The position numbers and the translations under genes are program-made. A stretch of DNA of 64,000 nucleotides from Ignavibacteriales bacterium (lineage in GTDB: Bacteria; Bacteroidota; Ignavibacteria; UBA10030; UBA6906). The DNA is taken from NCBI GenBank assembly GCA_037441705.1, contig JBBIRR010000001.1:128001-192000 (forward strand), read 5' to 3'. Positions 19,007-29,708 of the stretch are shown piece after piece (positions within the stretch are counted from its first letter, which is position 1; the number at the start of each line of letters is the position of its first letter). The notes under the pieces were generated by a model. It was not told the origin of the DNA. It saw only the letters and a program-made list of their open reading frames with translations, and did not search any database.

Positions 19007-21331
19007 CTACCTTGCATTGAACTTCGCTTTGAGATCCTCGAGCGTAAAATGTTTTTCCGGCGGCTTCTCGTGCTTCGCTTCCGGTACGCTTTCCGGCTTT
19101 TGCTCCTGCTTCTTTTTCGCGGGCTTCGCACCCTTTTCTTTTTTGGTCGGCTTCTCCTTGCGCGGCCGTGGGGGCGCATTCGGCGACTTCATCGTCAGGC
19201 TAATGCGCTTCAATGTCGCGTTCACCTCGAGCACCCGCACCTTGACGATCTGCCCGACCTTCACCACTTTCTTCGGATCGGCAACGTACTTGTCTGCAAG
19301 CTGTGAGACGTGCACGAGTCCGTCCTGATGCACGCCGATATCAACGAAGGCTCCGAAGTTGGCAACGTTCGTCACGACGCCCTCAAGCTCCATTCCCGGT
19401 TTCAGGTCGGCAATGTCTTTTACATCTTCCTTGAATTTTGGGGAGACAAACTCCGCGCGCGGGTCCCGTCCGGGCTTCAGCAACTCGTTGATGATGTCGC
19501 GAACCGTAGGCTCGCCGGCCGTTTCCGTGACGTAGCGTTTGATGTCGAGCGCCTGCAGCTTGTCGGCAACCTCGGGCACCCTGTCCAGCGTCACACCAAG
19601 GTCCTGCAGGATTCGTTCGGCGATGTGGTAACTTTCGGGGTGAACTGCCGAATTATCGAGAGGATTATCGCCGTTGCGGATGCGGAGAAATCCCGCGGCC
19701 TGTTCGAATGCCTTCGGCCCGAACTGCGGCACGTTCATCAACTCCTGCCGGTTGCGGAAGGGACCGTGATCTTCACGATACTTCACGATGTTGCGTGCGC
19801 TGCCCTTGTTCAATCCCGACACGTACTTCAGCAACTCGACCGAAGCCAGATTCAGGTCAACGCCGACGTAGTTCACGCAGCTTTCGACCGTCTCTCCCAA
19901 CTTCTTCTTGAGCAGCTTCTGATCCACATCGTGCTGGTATTGCCCGACGCCGATGGATTTGGGATCAATCTTGACAAGCTCGGCAAGGGGATCCTGCAGG
20001 CGTCGCGCGATGCTGATGGCGCCGCGAATGGTGAGATCGAGTTTGGGAAACTCTTGAATCGCGACGTGGCTTGCCGAGTACACCGACGCGCCCGCCTCAC
20101 TCACCAACACTTTGATCGGCGGCTTCTCCAACTCCTTGATCACCTCGCCGATGAACTCGTCGGTTTCGCGCCCGGCCGTACCGTTGCCGATGGCGATGAG
20201 TTCCACATTGTGCTTCACAATCAAATCGCGTATCACCTGCCCTGCCTGCAGGCGCTGCGCCTCGGAATGATGCGGGTAGATGGTCGCATCCTCGAGGAAT
20301 TTGCCCGTTTCGCTCACGACGGCGACCTTGCAGCCGGTGCGCAAGCCGGGATCAATCCCCATCGTGGGCTTCATGCCGGCAGGGCTGGAGAGCAACAGCG
20401 CACGCAAATTCTCCTCGAATGTTTTGATGGATTCCCGATCGGCATATTCCTTTTTCTCCACCCGCACATCGTTCTCTAACGAGGGCCTCATGAGACGTTC
20501 GAAGGCGTCCTTGAGCATCGCTTGATAGAACGCGGCCACCGCCGGTGCCTGCGTGTGAAGCTCCTGTTGCTCGAGGTAGCGCAGCGCCGCGGCTTCATCG
20601 AACTGCAAGCTCACGGTCAGCACGCCTTCGTGTTCGCCGCGCAGCAGTGCCAGCATGTTGTGGGCGTGGATATCCCGCACGCGCACTTTGTACTCGCGGT
20701 ACATCTCGAACTTCGTCGTTCCCGGAGGAAAGTCATCCTTCACCTTTGAAACAAAGAAGCCCTCTTTCATCAGGTACTGCCGCAGATGCGCGCGGAGATG
20801 CGCTTTCTCCGAGACTTCCTCTGCGAGGATGTCGGATGCGCCTGCAAGTGCCTCCGCCGCTGTAGGAACACCTTTTTCTGGGTTGATGTATTTTGCGGCT
20901 TCTTCCTCCAGCGACGCCGCGGGAGATTCAGGAACGTTCAGGGATTGGATGAATGCCGCGAGAGGTTCGAGGCCTTTTTCTCGCGCCTCGGTTGCGCGCG
21001 TCCGTTTCTTCGGCTTGAAGGGAAGGTACAGATCTTCGAGTGTCGTCTTGTCCAACGTCGCCTCGATCGCTGCGCGAAGCGCGTCGGTCAGCTTCCCCTG
21101 TGCTTCGATCGCGCTGAGAACAGTCTGCTTGCGCTGTTCGAGTTCGGTGAGATAGGCAAATCGGTCGAAGAGCTTGCGCAATCGCGTTTCGTCCATCCCG
21201 CCCGTTCGCTCTTTGCGATACCGGGCGATGAACGGCACCGTGGCACCGTCGGCGTGGAGGGCAAGCGCATTCTGAACATAGTGAAGTTTGAGGGACAGCT
21301 CGCGGGCGAGGCGTTCGGGGATGTTAAGCAT
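19007..21331 (-). CDS. tex: Tex RNA-binding transcriptional accessory protein
   Basis: GATVPFIARYRKE; GIDPG.RTGCK; SEAGASVYSAS; IDPKSIGVGQYQHD; C-terminal S1 domain. Start at MLNIPE. Confidence 0.95.
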   Translation of the reverse strand: MLNIPERLARELSLKLHYVQNALALHADGATVPFIARYRKERTGGMDETRLRKLFDRFAYLTELEQRKQTVLSAIEAQGKLTDALRAAIEATLDKTTLEDLYLPFKPKKRTRATEAREKGLEPLAAFIQSLNVPESPAASLEEEAAKYINPEKGVPTAAEALAGASDILAEEVSEKAHLRAHLRQYLMKEGFFVSKVKDDFPPGTTKFEMYREYKVRVRDIHAHNMLALLRGEHEGVLTVSLQFDEAAALRYLEQQELHTQAPAVAAFYQAMLKDAFERLMRPSLENDVRVEKKEYADRESIKTFEENLRALLLSSPAGMKPTMGIDPGLRTGCKVAVVSETGKFLEDATIYPHHSEAQRLQAGQVIRDLIVKHNVELIAIGNGTAGRETDEFIGEVIKELEKPPIKVLVSEAGASVYSASHVAIQEFPKLDLTIRGAISIARRLQDPLAELVKIDPKSIGVGQYQHDVDQKLLKKKLGETVESCVNYVGVDLNLASVELLKYVSGLNKGSARNIVKYREDHGPFRNRQELMNVPQFGPKAFEQAAGFLRIRNGDNPLDNSAVHPESYHIAERILQDLGVTLDRVPEVADKLQALDIKRYVTETAGEPTVRDIINELLKPGRDPRAEFVSPKFKEDVKDIADLKPGMELEGVVTNVANFGAFVDIGVHQDGLVHVSQLADKYVADPKKVVKVGQIVKVRVLEVNATLKRISLTMKSPNAPPRPRKEKPTKKEKGAKPAKKKQEQKPESVPEAKHEKPPEKHFTLEDLKAKFNAR

Positions 21332-21530
21332 GGTAACTTCTAAGGTCTCGTTGGAACCTACGTCAACCGCACCCAATGTACATAAATTTTCCCGTTCGAT
21401 ACAAGCATTTGTTCGGCCGTCCCTTTTTCCATATTTTCTTCTCCGCAGAAGAACGAGGGGCAGGAGTGCACCACATAAACTGTTTTTCCTTCCGGCCTTC
21501 ACGTCACGTCTGCAGTCACACGTTCCAACG

Positions 21531-23138
21531 ATGGGTATCAACGAAGAACTTTTGAAGCGGCGCACGTTCGCCATCATCTCGCATCCGGATGCGGGCAAGA
21601 CGACACTGACGGAGAAGTTTCTCCTCTACGGCGGCGCCGTGCAGCTCGCCGGCTCCGTGACCGCACGGAAACATCAGCGTCAAACCACCAGCGACTGGAT
21701 GGAGCTTGAGCGCAAGCGCGGCATTTCCATCACCTCCACCGTTCTGCAGTTCGACTACAACGGATACAGAATCAATCTGTTGGATACGCCCGGCCATCAG
21801 GACTTCTCTGAAGATACCTATCGCGTTCTCACCGCGGTTGACGGCGTGATTATGGTGATTGATGCGGGCAAGGGCATCGAGTCGCAAACGAAGAAGCTCT
21901 TCGAGGTATGCCGCCGTCGGCATATCCCCATCTTTACCTTCATGAATAAATGCGACCGCCCGACGCTCGATCCGCTTGCCCTGATTGACGAATTAGAAGA
22001 GGTTCTGGGCATCGGCGCATTCCCGATGAATTGGCCGCTTGGCACGGGAGAGGAATTCCGCGGCGTGTACGAACGGCAAACGAAGCTTGCGCATTTCTTC
22101 GAGCGAACGGCCGGCGGAGCCTACCGCGCTCCCGTCACCGTCGCCTCGCTGCATGACGACGCGATCAAGGACCTGCTCAGCAGCGAAACCCACGAACGGC
22201 TCGTCGAAGAAATCGAGATGCTGGACATTGCAGGCGCATCATACACCTCCGACGCCGTTCTGCAAGGAAAAATCACGCCGGTGTTTTTCGGGAGTGCGAA
22301 GAACAACTTTGGCGTACAGTTGTTGTTGGATGGATATCTCGAGCACGCGGTACCGCCGGCACCGCGCCGTTCGGGCGAGCGGTTGGTGATGCCCGACGAG
22401 GAGGCCTTTTCGGGATTCATCTTCAAGATTCAGGCAAATATGGATCCGCGGCACCGCGATCGCATTGCCTTTCTCCGCATCTGCTCGGGGAAATTCACGC
22501 GCGATATGTTCGCCATCCACGCCCGAACCGGAAAGCGCGTCCGCCTTGCCAATTCCCAGAAAACGCTCGGGCAATCCCGCGAGACCATTGACGAAGCGTA
22601 CGCGGGTGACATCATCGGCTTCATCGGCCACGCCGACTTCCACATCGGCGACACGCTGACGGAGGACCCTTCCATCGTCTACGACGAGATTCCGCGCTTC
22701 CCGCCTGAGCATTTCGTTCTCCTCCACAATCCCAGCCCGGCGAATTACAAGAAGTTCCGAGATGGACTCGATCAACTGACGCAGGAAGGAGTTGTACAAG
22801 TCTTCTATCGCGCACAGGCAGGCCCACGCGTCCCGATCCTCGCTGCCGTCGGGCCGCTGCAGTTCGAAGTCGTGCAGTACCGCCTCGAGCATGAATACGG
22901 CGCGCCGTCGCGCCTCGAGCAGACGGAATGGAAATTCCTGCGCTGGCTTCCGCCCGATCTCGGCGCCGAGCGCATCACATCGCTCATCATCCCGACGGGC
23001 GCGGCACTCGCAGAAGATCCTCACGAACAGCTCGCACTCCTCTTTCCGGGCGAGTGGGCGCTCAACTATTTTCTCGACAAGAATGAGAACGTGTCGGTGA
23101 GCGATTTGCCCTTTCGCAATCTCCTTACTCCTCCATAA
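21531..23138 (+). CDS. prfC: Peptide chain release factor 3
   Basis: RRTFAIISHPDAGKTTLTEK; DTPGHQDFSEDTYR; FKIQANMDPRHRDR; VGPLQFEV. Start at MGINEE. Confidence 0.97.
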   Translation: MGINEELLKRRTFAIISHPDAGKTTLTEKFLLYGGAVQLAGSVTARKHQRQTTSDWMELERKRGISITSTVLQFDYNGYRINLLDTPGHQDFSEDTYRVLTAVDGVIMVIDAGKGIESQTKKLFEVCRRRHIPIFTFMNKCDRPTLDPLALIDELEEVLGIGAFPMNWPLGTGEEFRGVYERQTKLAHFFERTAGGAYRAPVTVASLHDDAIKDLLSSETHERLVEEIEMLDIAGASYTSDAVLQGKITPVFFGSAKNNFGVQLLLDGYLEHAVPPAPRRSGERLVMPDEEAFSGFIFKIQANMDPRHRDRIAFLRICSGKFTRDMFAIHARTGKRVRLANSQKTLGQSRETIDEAYAGDIIGFIGHADFHIGDTLTEDPSIVYDEIPRFPPEHFVLLHNPSPANYKKFRDGLDQLTQEGVVQVFYRAQAGPRVPILAAVGPLQFEVVQYRLEHEYGAPSRLEQTEWKFLRWLPPDLGAERITSLIIPTGAALAEDPHEQLALLFPGEWALNYFLDKNENVSVSDLPFRNLLTPP

Positions 23139-23154
23139 GCCGAGCTTGCCCATC

Positions 23155-23183
23155 TTGCCTTTGTCATCGGCTTTTAGTAGAAT
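23155..23183 (+). promoter_or_regulatory. Candidate sigma70 promoter of sppA
   Basis: TTGCCT-17 nt-TAGAAT. Confidence 0.6.
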
Positions 23184-23228
23184 CGTATTGTCAATTCATC
23201 ACTTACAGGGACGTCGCGTTCCACGAAG

Positions 23229-24143
23229 ATGTCGAAATCCACGAAATGGTTTCTGACCATCCTGTTCATCCTTCTGGTCGTCGGCGCGGGGTTTGTGCTG
23301 TTGTTGTTCTCGGCTATCAGATCGCTTGAACGCGACGAGCGCGAAACAGTCGTGATCGGGCGCGGCGAGAAACTTGCCGTCATCGAGTTGAAAGGCGATA
23401 TTGAATCGGCCGACGATGTTGTTCGCCAGCTCAAGAAGTACCGCGACGACAAAGCCATCAAAGGAATTATTCTGCGCATCGACTCTCCGGGTGGCGGTGT
23501 CGTGGCCAGCCAGGAGATGTACGAGGAGATGCGAAAGACACGCGACGCGGGCAAGCCCATCGTTGTTTCGATGGGCGCGCTTGCGGCAAGCGGCGGATAC
23601 TATGTTGCATGCGGCGCGTCGAAACTGGTGGCCAACCGCGGCACACTCACCGGCAGCATCGGCGTCATCGGAGAGTTCGTTCAACTACATGAAGCCCTCA
23701 ACAAGCTCGGCATTGACGTCAAGACAATCAAGAGCGGCAGGCTGAAGGATGCAGGATCGCCCACGCAACCAATGAGCAAAGACGCCGAGAAGTATTTTCA
23801 GAGTTTGATGGACGATGTTCACGATCAGTTCATCGGCGTGGTTGCTGCGGAGCGGAAATTGGATCACCGTAAGGTGGTCGAGATTGCCGACGGGCGAGTA
23901 TTCACCGGCGAGCAGGCACTGGAGCTGGGACTCGTGGACACGCTCGGAACGTTCGAAGATGCCGTCCGCATTGCAGCCGACCTGGCAGGAATCGAAGGCG
24001 AGCCGTCGCTCGTGCGCGAGCAGGCGCGCAAACGCTGGTGGGTCGAGAGGATCTTCGGCGACGTTCGTGCAAGCGTTGAGGAACTGAAACGGGGACTCCT
24101 GCAAACACCGGTGCTCTCCTATCGGTACAACGGCCCGTTTTGA
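23229..24143 (+). CDS. sppA: Signal peptide peptidase SppA (36K type, S49)
   Basis: N-terminal TM; RIDSPGG; AASGGYY; TGSIGV; DGRVFTG. Confidence 0.95.
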   Translation: MSKSTKWFLTILFILLVVGAGFVLLLFSAIRSLERDERETVVIGRGEKLAVIELKGDIESADDVVRQLKKYRDDKAIKGIILRIDSPGGGVVASQEMYEEMRKTRDAGKPIVVSMGALAASGGYYVACGASKLVANRGTLTGSIGVIGEFVQLHEALNKLGIDVKTIKSGRLKDAGSPTQPMSKDAEKYFQSLMDDVHDQFIGVVAAERKLDHRKVVEIADGRVFTGEQALELGLVDTLGTFEDAVRIAADLAGIEGEPSLVREQARKRWWVERIFGDVRASVEELKRGLLQTPVLSYRYNGPF

Positions 24144-24289
24144 TCGAGAAGAGTTTCCTCGCAGAATGCCGGGGTTCCTGGTACGTACGGCGGCGGCAAC
24201 CCGTGTTGCGCTCGGGCATGCGCAGGTTCCTTTCTTTACTTGGTTCACAAGCAGCGTCATATCGTACAAATACCACAGGAGGATTTGCG

Positions 24290-24601
24290 TTGACCAAAGC
24301 CGATATTGTTGATCGCATCGCTACGGGAACGGGCCTGACGAAAGTCGACACCGAGGCCGTCGTGGACGGGTTCATCCTCACCGTCATTGAAGCAATGAAG
24401 GAAGGAAAGAATATCGAGATACGCGGGTTTGGAAGCTTCAAGGTGAAGAAACGCAAAGGACGCATCGCCCGCAACCCGCGCACGGGCGAACAGGTGATGG
24501 TGGATGAACATTGGGTCCCAATCTTCAAAGTCTCTAAAGAAGTGAAACAGGCGGTGAACGAGAACCTGCAGAAAACCGCCCAACAGCAACCGGAGTCGTA
24601 A
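24290..24601 (+). CDS. hup: HU/IHF family DNA-binding protein (TTG start)
   Basis: MTKADIV...IEIRGFGSF...ARNPRTGE; AGGAGGA RBS before TTG at 24290. Confidence 0.92.
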   Translation: MTKADIVDRIATGTGLTKVDTEAVVDGFILTVIEAMKEGKNIEIRGFGSFKVKKRKGRIARNPRTGEQVMVDEHWVPIFKVSKEVKQAVNENLQKTAQQQPES

Positions 24602-24617
24602 GAGGAGAACGGGCGAG

Positions 24618-25526
24618 ATGGCGACGGCGAAGCTTGTGTGCAGCGAGTGCGGAAACGAACTTTCCCGCGGCGATAGATTTTGCCCTAAGTGCGGCGCGCG
24701 CATTGACGACGGCACGCCGCAGCCGAAGAGCACCGCTGCATCTCTCACGTGCGAAATTTGCGGCCACATCAATACGCACACCGGAGCCTACTGCGAAGCC
24801 TGCGGCGCCAAACTTCCGGGCAGAACGTTTGGCGAACCGGCACCTGTAGAAAAATCGCCCGCCTCGACGTCACAGAAAAAGAAGGCAATATCACGAAACG
24901 CCCAACCGTTCCGATTTCAACCCTGGCATTACGCGGCGGGAGTGTTCGTGATCGCGCTGCTCGGCTATTTCATCTATCTCGAGCTTCAGCGCGACACAGG
25001 AGAACACATCCATACCGGCATGCAAGTCCCAGCCACACAGGGTTCCTCGTCACAGCCGCCAAAAGAAATCCTTGACGCGATCGAACGCCTCGAGACCCAG
25101 GTCAGAGACAACCCGACGAGCGACGGAGCGAAATTGCTGCTTGCCAACGCATTGCACGACGCCGGCATGCACGACCCCCGGATGTTACCGCGCGCCATCG
25201 ACGCGTACAAGGAGTACCTGAAGAAAAAACCCGACGATCCCAACGCCCGCGTAGACCTCGGCATCTGCTACTTTGAGCTTGGCAAACTCGACACCACGCG
25301 CAAGGGCTCACTCTTCTCCATGGCTATCAGAGAAATGGAGAGCGCGATGAAGATGTCGCCGACGCATCAACCCGGGGCGTTCAATTTGGGCATTGTCTAC
25401 CTCTATGCGGGCAACGTGAAGGAATCCAACAGGTGGTTCAAGAAGGCGATTGACTTGAATCCCGAATCGGATTTGGGGAAGAGGGCGAAAGATATTCTCG
25501 ACCAACATGCACAAGCAGGTCTCTAA
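24618..25526 (+). CDS. Double zinc-ribbon, TM and TPR protein
   Basis: Four CxxC pairs; one TM helix; TPR helices (ARVDLGICY, AFNLGIVY). Confidence 0.8.
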   Translation: MATAKLVCSECGNELSRGDRFCPKCGARIDDGTPQPKSTAASLTCEICGHINTHTGAYCEACGAKLPGRTFGEPAPVEKSPASTSQKKKAISRNAQPFRFQPWHYAAGVFVIALLGYFIYLELQRDTGEHIHTGMQVPATQGSSSQPPKEILDAIERLETQVRDNPTSDGAKLLLANALHDAGMHDPRMLPRAIDAYKEYLKKKPDDPNARVDLGICYFELGKLDTTRKGSLFSMAIREMESAMKMSPTHQPGAFNLGIVYLYAGNVKESNRWFKKAIDLNPESDLGKRAKDILDQHAQAGL

Positions 25527-25564
25527 CCTCATCCAACCACCCATCTCGAAGGAAAGGAGGTAGC

Positions 25565-25660
25565 ATGCCCAGCGGCAAGAAGCGCAAGCGCCACAAAATG
25601 GCAACGCACAAGCGCAAGAAGCGCCTGCGCAAGATGCGCCACAAGAAGAAGAACCGATAA
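25565..25660 (+). CDS. Small basic ribosomal protein bS22 (AURKAIP1/COX24/mS38 family), 31 aa
   Basis: AAGGAGG RBS; MPSGKKRKRHKMATHKRKKRLRKMRHKKKNR*. Too short for the ORF track. Confidence 0.9.
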   Translation: MPSGKKRKRHKMATHKRKKRLRKMRHKKKNR

Positions 25661-25668
25661 GCCATACA

Positions 25669-25695
25669 CGAATCCCGCCTCGCAGGCGGGATTCG
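25669..25695. terminator. Hairpin terminator between bS22 and the convergent lon
   Basis: CGAATCCCGCCT-CGC-AGGCGGGATTCG, a 12-bp perfect stem. Confidence 0.75.
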
Positions 25696-25700
25696 CATGT

Positions 25701-28091
25701 TCAGTTCACGGCTACCGGATCGAGCTGCAACTCGGCAATCTTCAACTTCTCCGACTCCTCGGCGGAGCGGAGCGCGAGCTTTAGCACATCGCCCATCTCC
25801 TTCACGAAGTGGAATGTCATCCCTTCGATGGCAGGCTTCGGCACTTCGTCCAGGTCGAGCTTGTTGCGCTCGGGAAGGATGACGGTCTTGATGCCTGCGC
25901 GGTGAGCGGCGATCACCTTCTCCTTCACGCCGCCGATGGGCAGCACGGCACCGCGCAGCGTGATTTCGCCCGTCATCGCAAGGTCGTTGCGCACGAGGCG
26001 GCCGGTGAGCAGCGAGGTGAGCGCCGTGAGCATGGCAACGCCCGCCGAAGGCCCATCCTTAGGAATTGCGCCCGCCGGCACGTGCACGTGAATGTCTAAC
26101 TCCGAGCGGAAGTTCTCGTCAAGGCCAAGCTCCTTTGCATGCGAGGCAATGAAGCTCAGCGCCGCCTGCGCGGATTCTTTCATCACATCCCCAAGTTGAC
26201 CCGTAAGCGTGAGGTTTCCCTTCCCCTTCATCTTCGTCGCTTCGATGAAGAGAATATCGCCGCCTATGGGCGTCCACGCAAGACCAACGGCGATGCCGGG
26301 ACGATTGATGCGCTCGGCAACATCCGGGAAAAACTTCTGTTGACCCAAGTACTTCGTAAGATTGTCTTTCTTGATCGTTGCTTTCTGGATCTCTCCTTCT
26401 GCCACATCTCTGGCAACGCCGCGGCAAATGCTCGCAATCTGCCGCTCGAGGTTGCGTACGCCCGCCTCTCGTGTGTAACCGGAAATGATGTGCCGGATCG
26501 CCTCGTCGTCAATCTCCACCTGCTCGGATTGCAAACCGTGTTCGCGCAACTGCTTCGGCAGCAGGAAGCGGCGCGCAATGTGCAGCTTCTCATCCTCGAC
26601 GTAGCTCGGAATTTCGATAATCTCCATTCGGTCGCGCAGCGCGGGTGGTACCGGTTCGATCATATTCGCCGTGGCGATGAACATCACCTTCGAGAGATCG
26701 AAAGGAATCTCGAGGTAGTGATCGCTGAAGGTGGAGTTTTGCTCAGGGTCGAGAACCTCCAGCAGCGCCGCAGCCGGGTCGCCGCGAAAATCGGCGCCGA
26801 CTTTGTCAATCTCGTCGAGCATGAAGACGGGATTGTTGGAGCCGGCTTTGCGCATGCCCTGGATGATGCGCCCGGGCAGCGCGCCGATGTACGTGCGCCG
26901 GTGCCCGCGGATCTCCGCTTCGTCATGCACGCCGCCGAGCGAGATGCGGACGAACTTCCTGCCGAGCGCGTTGGCGATGGAACGCCCCAGCGACGTCTTG
27001 CCGACGCCGGGAGGCCCGACAAACACCATGATGGGACCGCGCATGTCGTTCTTCAGCTTGCGAACGGCAAGATATTCCAGGATTCGCTTCTTCACTTTAT
27101 CGAGGCCGTAATGATCTTGCTCGAGAACCTCTCGCGCCTTTTTGATATCGAGATTGTCCTCGGTGCTGACGCTCCACGGTAAGTCGAGGATCCAGTCGAG
27201 ATACGTTCGGCTGACGGTGTATTCGGCCGACGCCTGGTTCATCTGCGAGAGACGCTTCAGTTCCTTCTCGGCAACCTTGAGCGCTTCTTCGGGAAGTTTG
27301 GCCGCTTCGATACGCTTGCGCAGTTCGTTCAACTCAAGGTTCTCGTCGTCTTCGCCCAACTCCCTCTTGATGGCTTTCATCTGCTCGCGCAGGTAGTACT
27401 CACGCTGCGTCTTGTTGATGCCATCCTGGACCTCCGATTGAATCTTACTGCCCAGCTCCAACTTCTGAACGAGTTTGGTCAGCACAACGGTCACCTGTTC
27501 CAGCTTCTTCCTGAGGTCGAATGATTCCAGAACCTGCTGTTTCTCCTCGACCGAAACCGGAACGAGAGACGTCGCAAGGTCGGCCACCGCCGACGGTTCG
27601 TCGGTATTCAGGATGATGGTCAGGTGTTCTTCCGTAAGGTTCGGAGACAGCTCCACCGCTCTCTTGAAGAGATTCTTGATGGTCGTGGTCATCGCCTCGA
27701 TCTCGATGCCGGTCTCCGTCGTTTCATCCACCGTGCGAACGACCGCTTTGATGTACGGATCACTGTGAAGGATGGAAAGGAGCTGCACCCGTTCCAGACC
27801 CTGTGTCAGAACGCTCCGGGTTCCATCCGGCAGCGTGAATTGTTTCAACACTTTTGCCAGCGTGCCCACCCAATAGATGTCCTTTTCCGTCGGATGTTCG
27901 ATGCTGCCGTCGGTTTGTGCCACAACAACAATAAGGCCCTCTTCCTTGAGCGATTCATCGATCACCCGTATGCTGCTCTCTCGTCCGATGGAGAGGGGCA
28001 TCATCTGACGTGGGAAAAACACGGAGTTGCGCAATGGCAGCACCGGTAATGCCTGGGGAACTTTCGCTTTCTTCATCTTTCGACCTTTCAT
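25701..28091 (-). CDS. lon: ATP-dependent Lon protease (LonA)
   Basis: LPVLPLRN; GPPGVGKT; [12 protein letters not shown]; DEIDK; PKDGPSAG; GGVKEK. Confidence 0.97.
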   Translation of the reverse strand: MKGRKMKKAKVPQALPVLPLRNSVFFPRQMMPLSIGRESSIRVIDESLKEEGLIVVVAQTDGSIEHPTEKDIYWVGTLAKVLKQFTLPDGTRSVLTQGLERVQLLSILHSDPYIKAVVRTVDETTETGIEIEAMTTTIKNLFKRAVELSPNLTEEHLTIILNTDEPSAVADLATSLVPVSVEEKQQVLESFDLRKKLEQVTVVLTKLVQKLELGSKIQSEVQDGINKTQREYYLREQMKAIKRELGEDDENLELNELRKRIEAAKLPEEALKVAEKELKRLSQMNQASAEYTVSRTYLDWILDLPWSVSTEDNLDIKKAREVLEQDHYGLDKVKKRILEYLAVRKLKNDMRGPIMVFVGPPGVGKTSLGRSIANALGRKFVRISLGGVHDEAEIRGHRRTYIGALPGRIIQGMRKAGSNNPVFMLDEIDKVGADFRGDPAAALLEVLDPEQNSTFSDHYLEIPFDLSKVMFIATANMIEPVPPALRDRMEIIEIPSYVEDEKLHIARRFLLPKQLREHGLQSEQVEIDDEAIRHIISGYTREAGVRNLERQIASICRGVARDVAEGEIQKATIKKDNLTKYLGQQKFFPDVAERINRPGIAVGLAWTPIGGDILFIEATKMKGKGNLTLTGQLGDVMKESAQAALSFIASHAKELGLDENFRSELDIHVHVPAGAIPKDGPSAGVAMLTALTSLLTGRLVRNDLAMTGEITLRGAVLPIGGVKEKVIAAHRAGIKTVILPERNKLDLDEVPKPAIEGMTFHFVKEMGDVLKLALRSAEESEKLKIAELQLDPVAVN

Positions 28092-28169
28092 ACGCTGTGT
28101 GTGCCCAACATGGTAAACGTCCGCCGCGTGTGATTCGTTCGCGCAGCGAGCGCCTGCGAGAATTCCGCT

Positions 28170-28220
28170 AAAAGAAAAATGGGAGCCGAACAGGTCCCAC
28201 CACCTGCCAGCTCCCGTTTC
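28170..28220 (-). terminator. Probable intrinsic terminator between the hsp20 cluster and lon
   Basis: Minus strand: AAACGGGAGC...GCTCCCATTT stem with an inner CAGGT/ACCTG helix, followed by TTCTTTT. Confidence 0.55.
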
Positions 28221-28251
28221 GGCGTGAACCCGGATGCAGCAGGATTCACGT

Positions 28252-28722
28252 TTACTTCACTTTCACTTCGATCTGCTTCCGCTTTGCCTCTTCAGCCTTG
28301 GGCATGGTAATGGTCAGGACGCCGTCGCGAAACTCGGCCTCGACCTTGTCCTGCCGTACTGAAGTCGGCAGCGTGAAGGATCGCTGGAACGACCCGTAGC
28401 TGCGCTCGAGGCGGTGGTAGTTCGAGTCTTTCGACTCTCTCTCCTCCTTCTTCTCGCCGCGGATGGTGAGAATGTTGTCGTGGAGGGTGACCTTCACGTC
28501 GTCTTTGTGGACGCCGGGAAGTTCGACCTTTGCAACGAACTCATCATCCTTCTCGAGAAGATCGACAGCGGGCATCCAGGTCGAGGGGAACAGGTCGCCC
28601 TCATCCAGAACGCCGCCGCGGAAGAAGCGATCGAACATGCGATTGATCTCCTGCTGCATGCTCAAGATGCTCGAAGGGATCGTCGCAAGTTCACGCACGG
28701 GATTCCAACGTACTAACGACAT
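28252..28722 (-). CDS. Hsp20/alpha-crystallin small heat-shock protein
   Basis: MSLVRWNP; ELPGV; ERSYGSFQRSFTLP; GVLTI.MPK; GGAGGT RBS. Confidence 0.95.
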   Translation of the reverse strand: MSLVRWNPVRELATIPSSILSMQQEINRMFDRFFRGGVLDEGDLFPSTWMPAVDLLEKDDEFVAKVELPGVHKDDVKVTLHDNILTIRGEKKEERESKDSNYHRLERSYGSFQRSFTLPTSVRQDKVEAEFRDGVLTITMPKAEEAKRKQIEVKVK

Positions 28723-28752
28723 TGTCAACACCTCCTTTGGTGAACGAATGAG

Positions 28753-29151
28753 TTAGCGAATCTGGATTGTTCTGGGTTTTACTTCTTCTTTCTTCAAGAG
28801 TTTGATCGTCAACACTCCGTCGCTGTAGTGTGCCTCGACGCTGTCGCGGTCGATACCATCGGTCAGGTTGAAGACCCGCTCGTAGGTCCCTCCGCGAATC
28901 TCGTGGTGCAGCACTTTGGCGTGTTCATCGCGCGTGCTGTCCACCGTTCCACGAATCGTGAGCGTTGACCTGTCCATGCTGAGCGAGATGGATTCCTTGG
29001 TTGCCCCGGGAATATCCAGCATCAGCACGTACGCGTCATCCGTTTCGTAGATATCGGCCGGCGGAGTGACCGTTGCAGCCGCGCGAGGCTTGCTGATCAG
29101 CGACTGCTCTCGTTCGCGCTTCATGAGTGCGGCATTGTCTCTGCTTGCCAT
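28753..29151 (-). CDS. Hsp20/alpha-crystallin small heat-shock protein (short type)
   Basis: PPADIYET; DIPG; YERVF.L; DGVLTIKL. Confidence 0.92.
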   Translation of the reverse strand: MASRDNAALMKREREQSLISKPRAAATVTPPADIYETDDAYVLMLDIPGATKESISLSMDRSTLTIRGTVDSTRDEHAKVLHHEIRGGTYERVFNLTDGIDRDSVEAHYSDGVLTIKLLKKEEVKPRTIQIR

Positions 29152-29181
29152 AGTGCTTCACTCCTTTCTCGTCGGCATGCT

Positions 29182-29628
29182 TCAGTTAATCTTGATTTCG
29201 CGAGGCTTCACTTCGTCTGCCTTGGGAAGCAGGATGTGAAGAAGCCCGTTCTGCAGCTCGGCCGTGATGCCGTCGACCTTCACGCCGGCGGGCAGCGCAA
29301 TCGAACGAGTGAAATCGCCGCGTTGAATCTCGTTGCGCAACCACCGCGCGTTCTCCGGCACACCGTTCTGCTTGCGCGTGCCGCTGATGGTCAGCACATC
29401 ATTTTCCAGCGACAGCTTCACATCCTCTTTCCGTACACCGGGCATCTCCGCAACCACCACGAACTCATTGTCCTTCTCAACAACATTGATCGCCGGTGCA
29501 TACCCTTCGTCCGTTACCGCCTCACGGGAAAAGAAATTGCTGAAGATGCGGTCCACTTCCCGCTCGAAGTCCGCAATCTCTTTCCACAACGTGTTCATAG
29601 CCGGGGAATGACGAACCTGGACGAACAT
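29182..29628 (-). CDS. Hsp20/alpha-crystallin small heat-shock protein
   Basis: PAINVVE; EMPGV; GDFTRSIALP; NGLLHILLPK; GGAGG RBS before MFVQV. Confidence 0.93.
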   Translation of the reverse strand: MFVQVRHSPAMNTLWKEIADFEREVDRIFSNFFSREAVTDEGYAPAINVVEKDNEFVVVAEMPGVRKEDVKLSLENDVLTISGTRKQNGVPENARWLRNEIQRGDFTRSIALPAGVKVDGITAELQNGLLHILLPKADEVKPREIKIN

Positions 29629-29692
29629 ACCTGAACCTCCTTTCATGTATCTGTATGAACTTGTTCTTGAATTTCCATCCGCTCAGGTGTGC

Positions 29693-29708
29693 TTCAACCG
29701 ACATGCCA
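29693..29708 (-). promoter_or_regulatory. Candidate sigma54 (-24/-12) promoter of the hsp20 cluster
   Basis: TGGCATG-TCGG-TTGAA versus consensus TGGCACG-N4-TTGC; the -12 dinucleotide is GA rather than GC. Confidence 0.5.

Noticed and set aside
21288-21598. Apparent head-to-head overlap of tex and prfC in the ORF track
   Set aside because: This is an artefact of the longest-ORF start choice. The conserved N-termini begin at 21331 (-) and 21531 (+), leaving a normal divergent gap.
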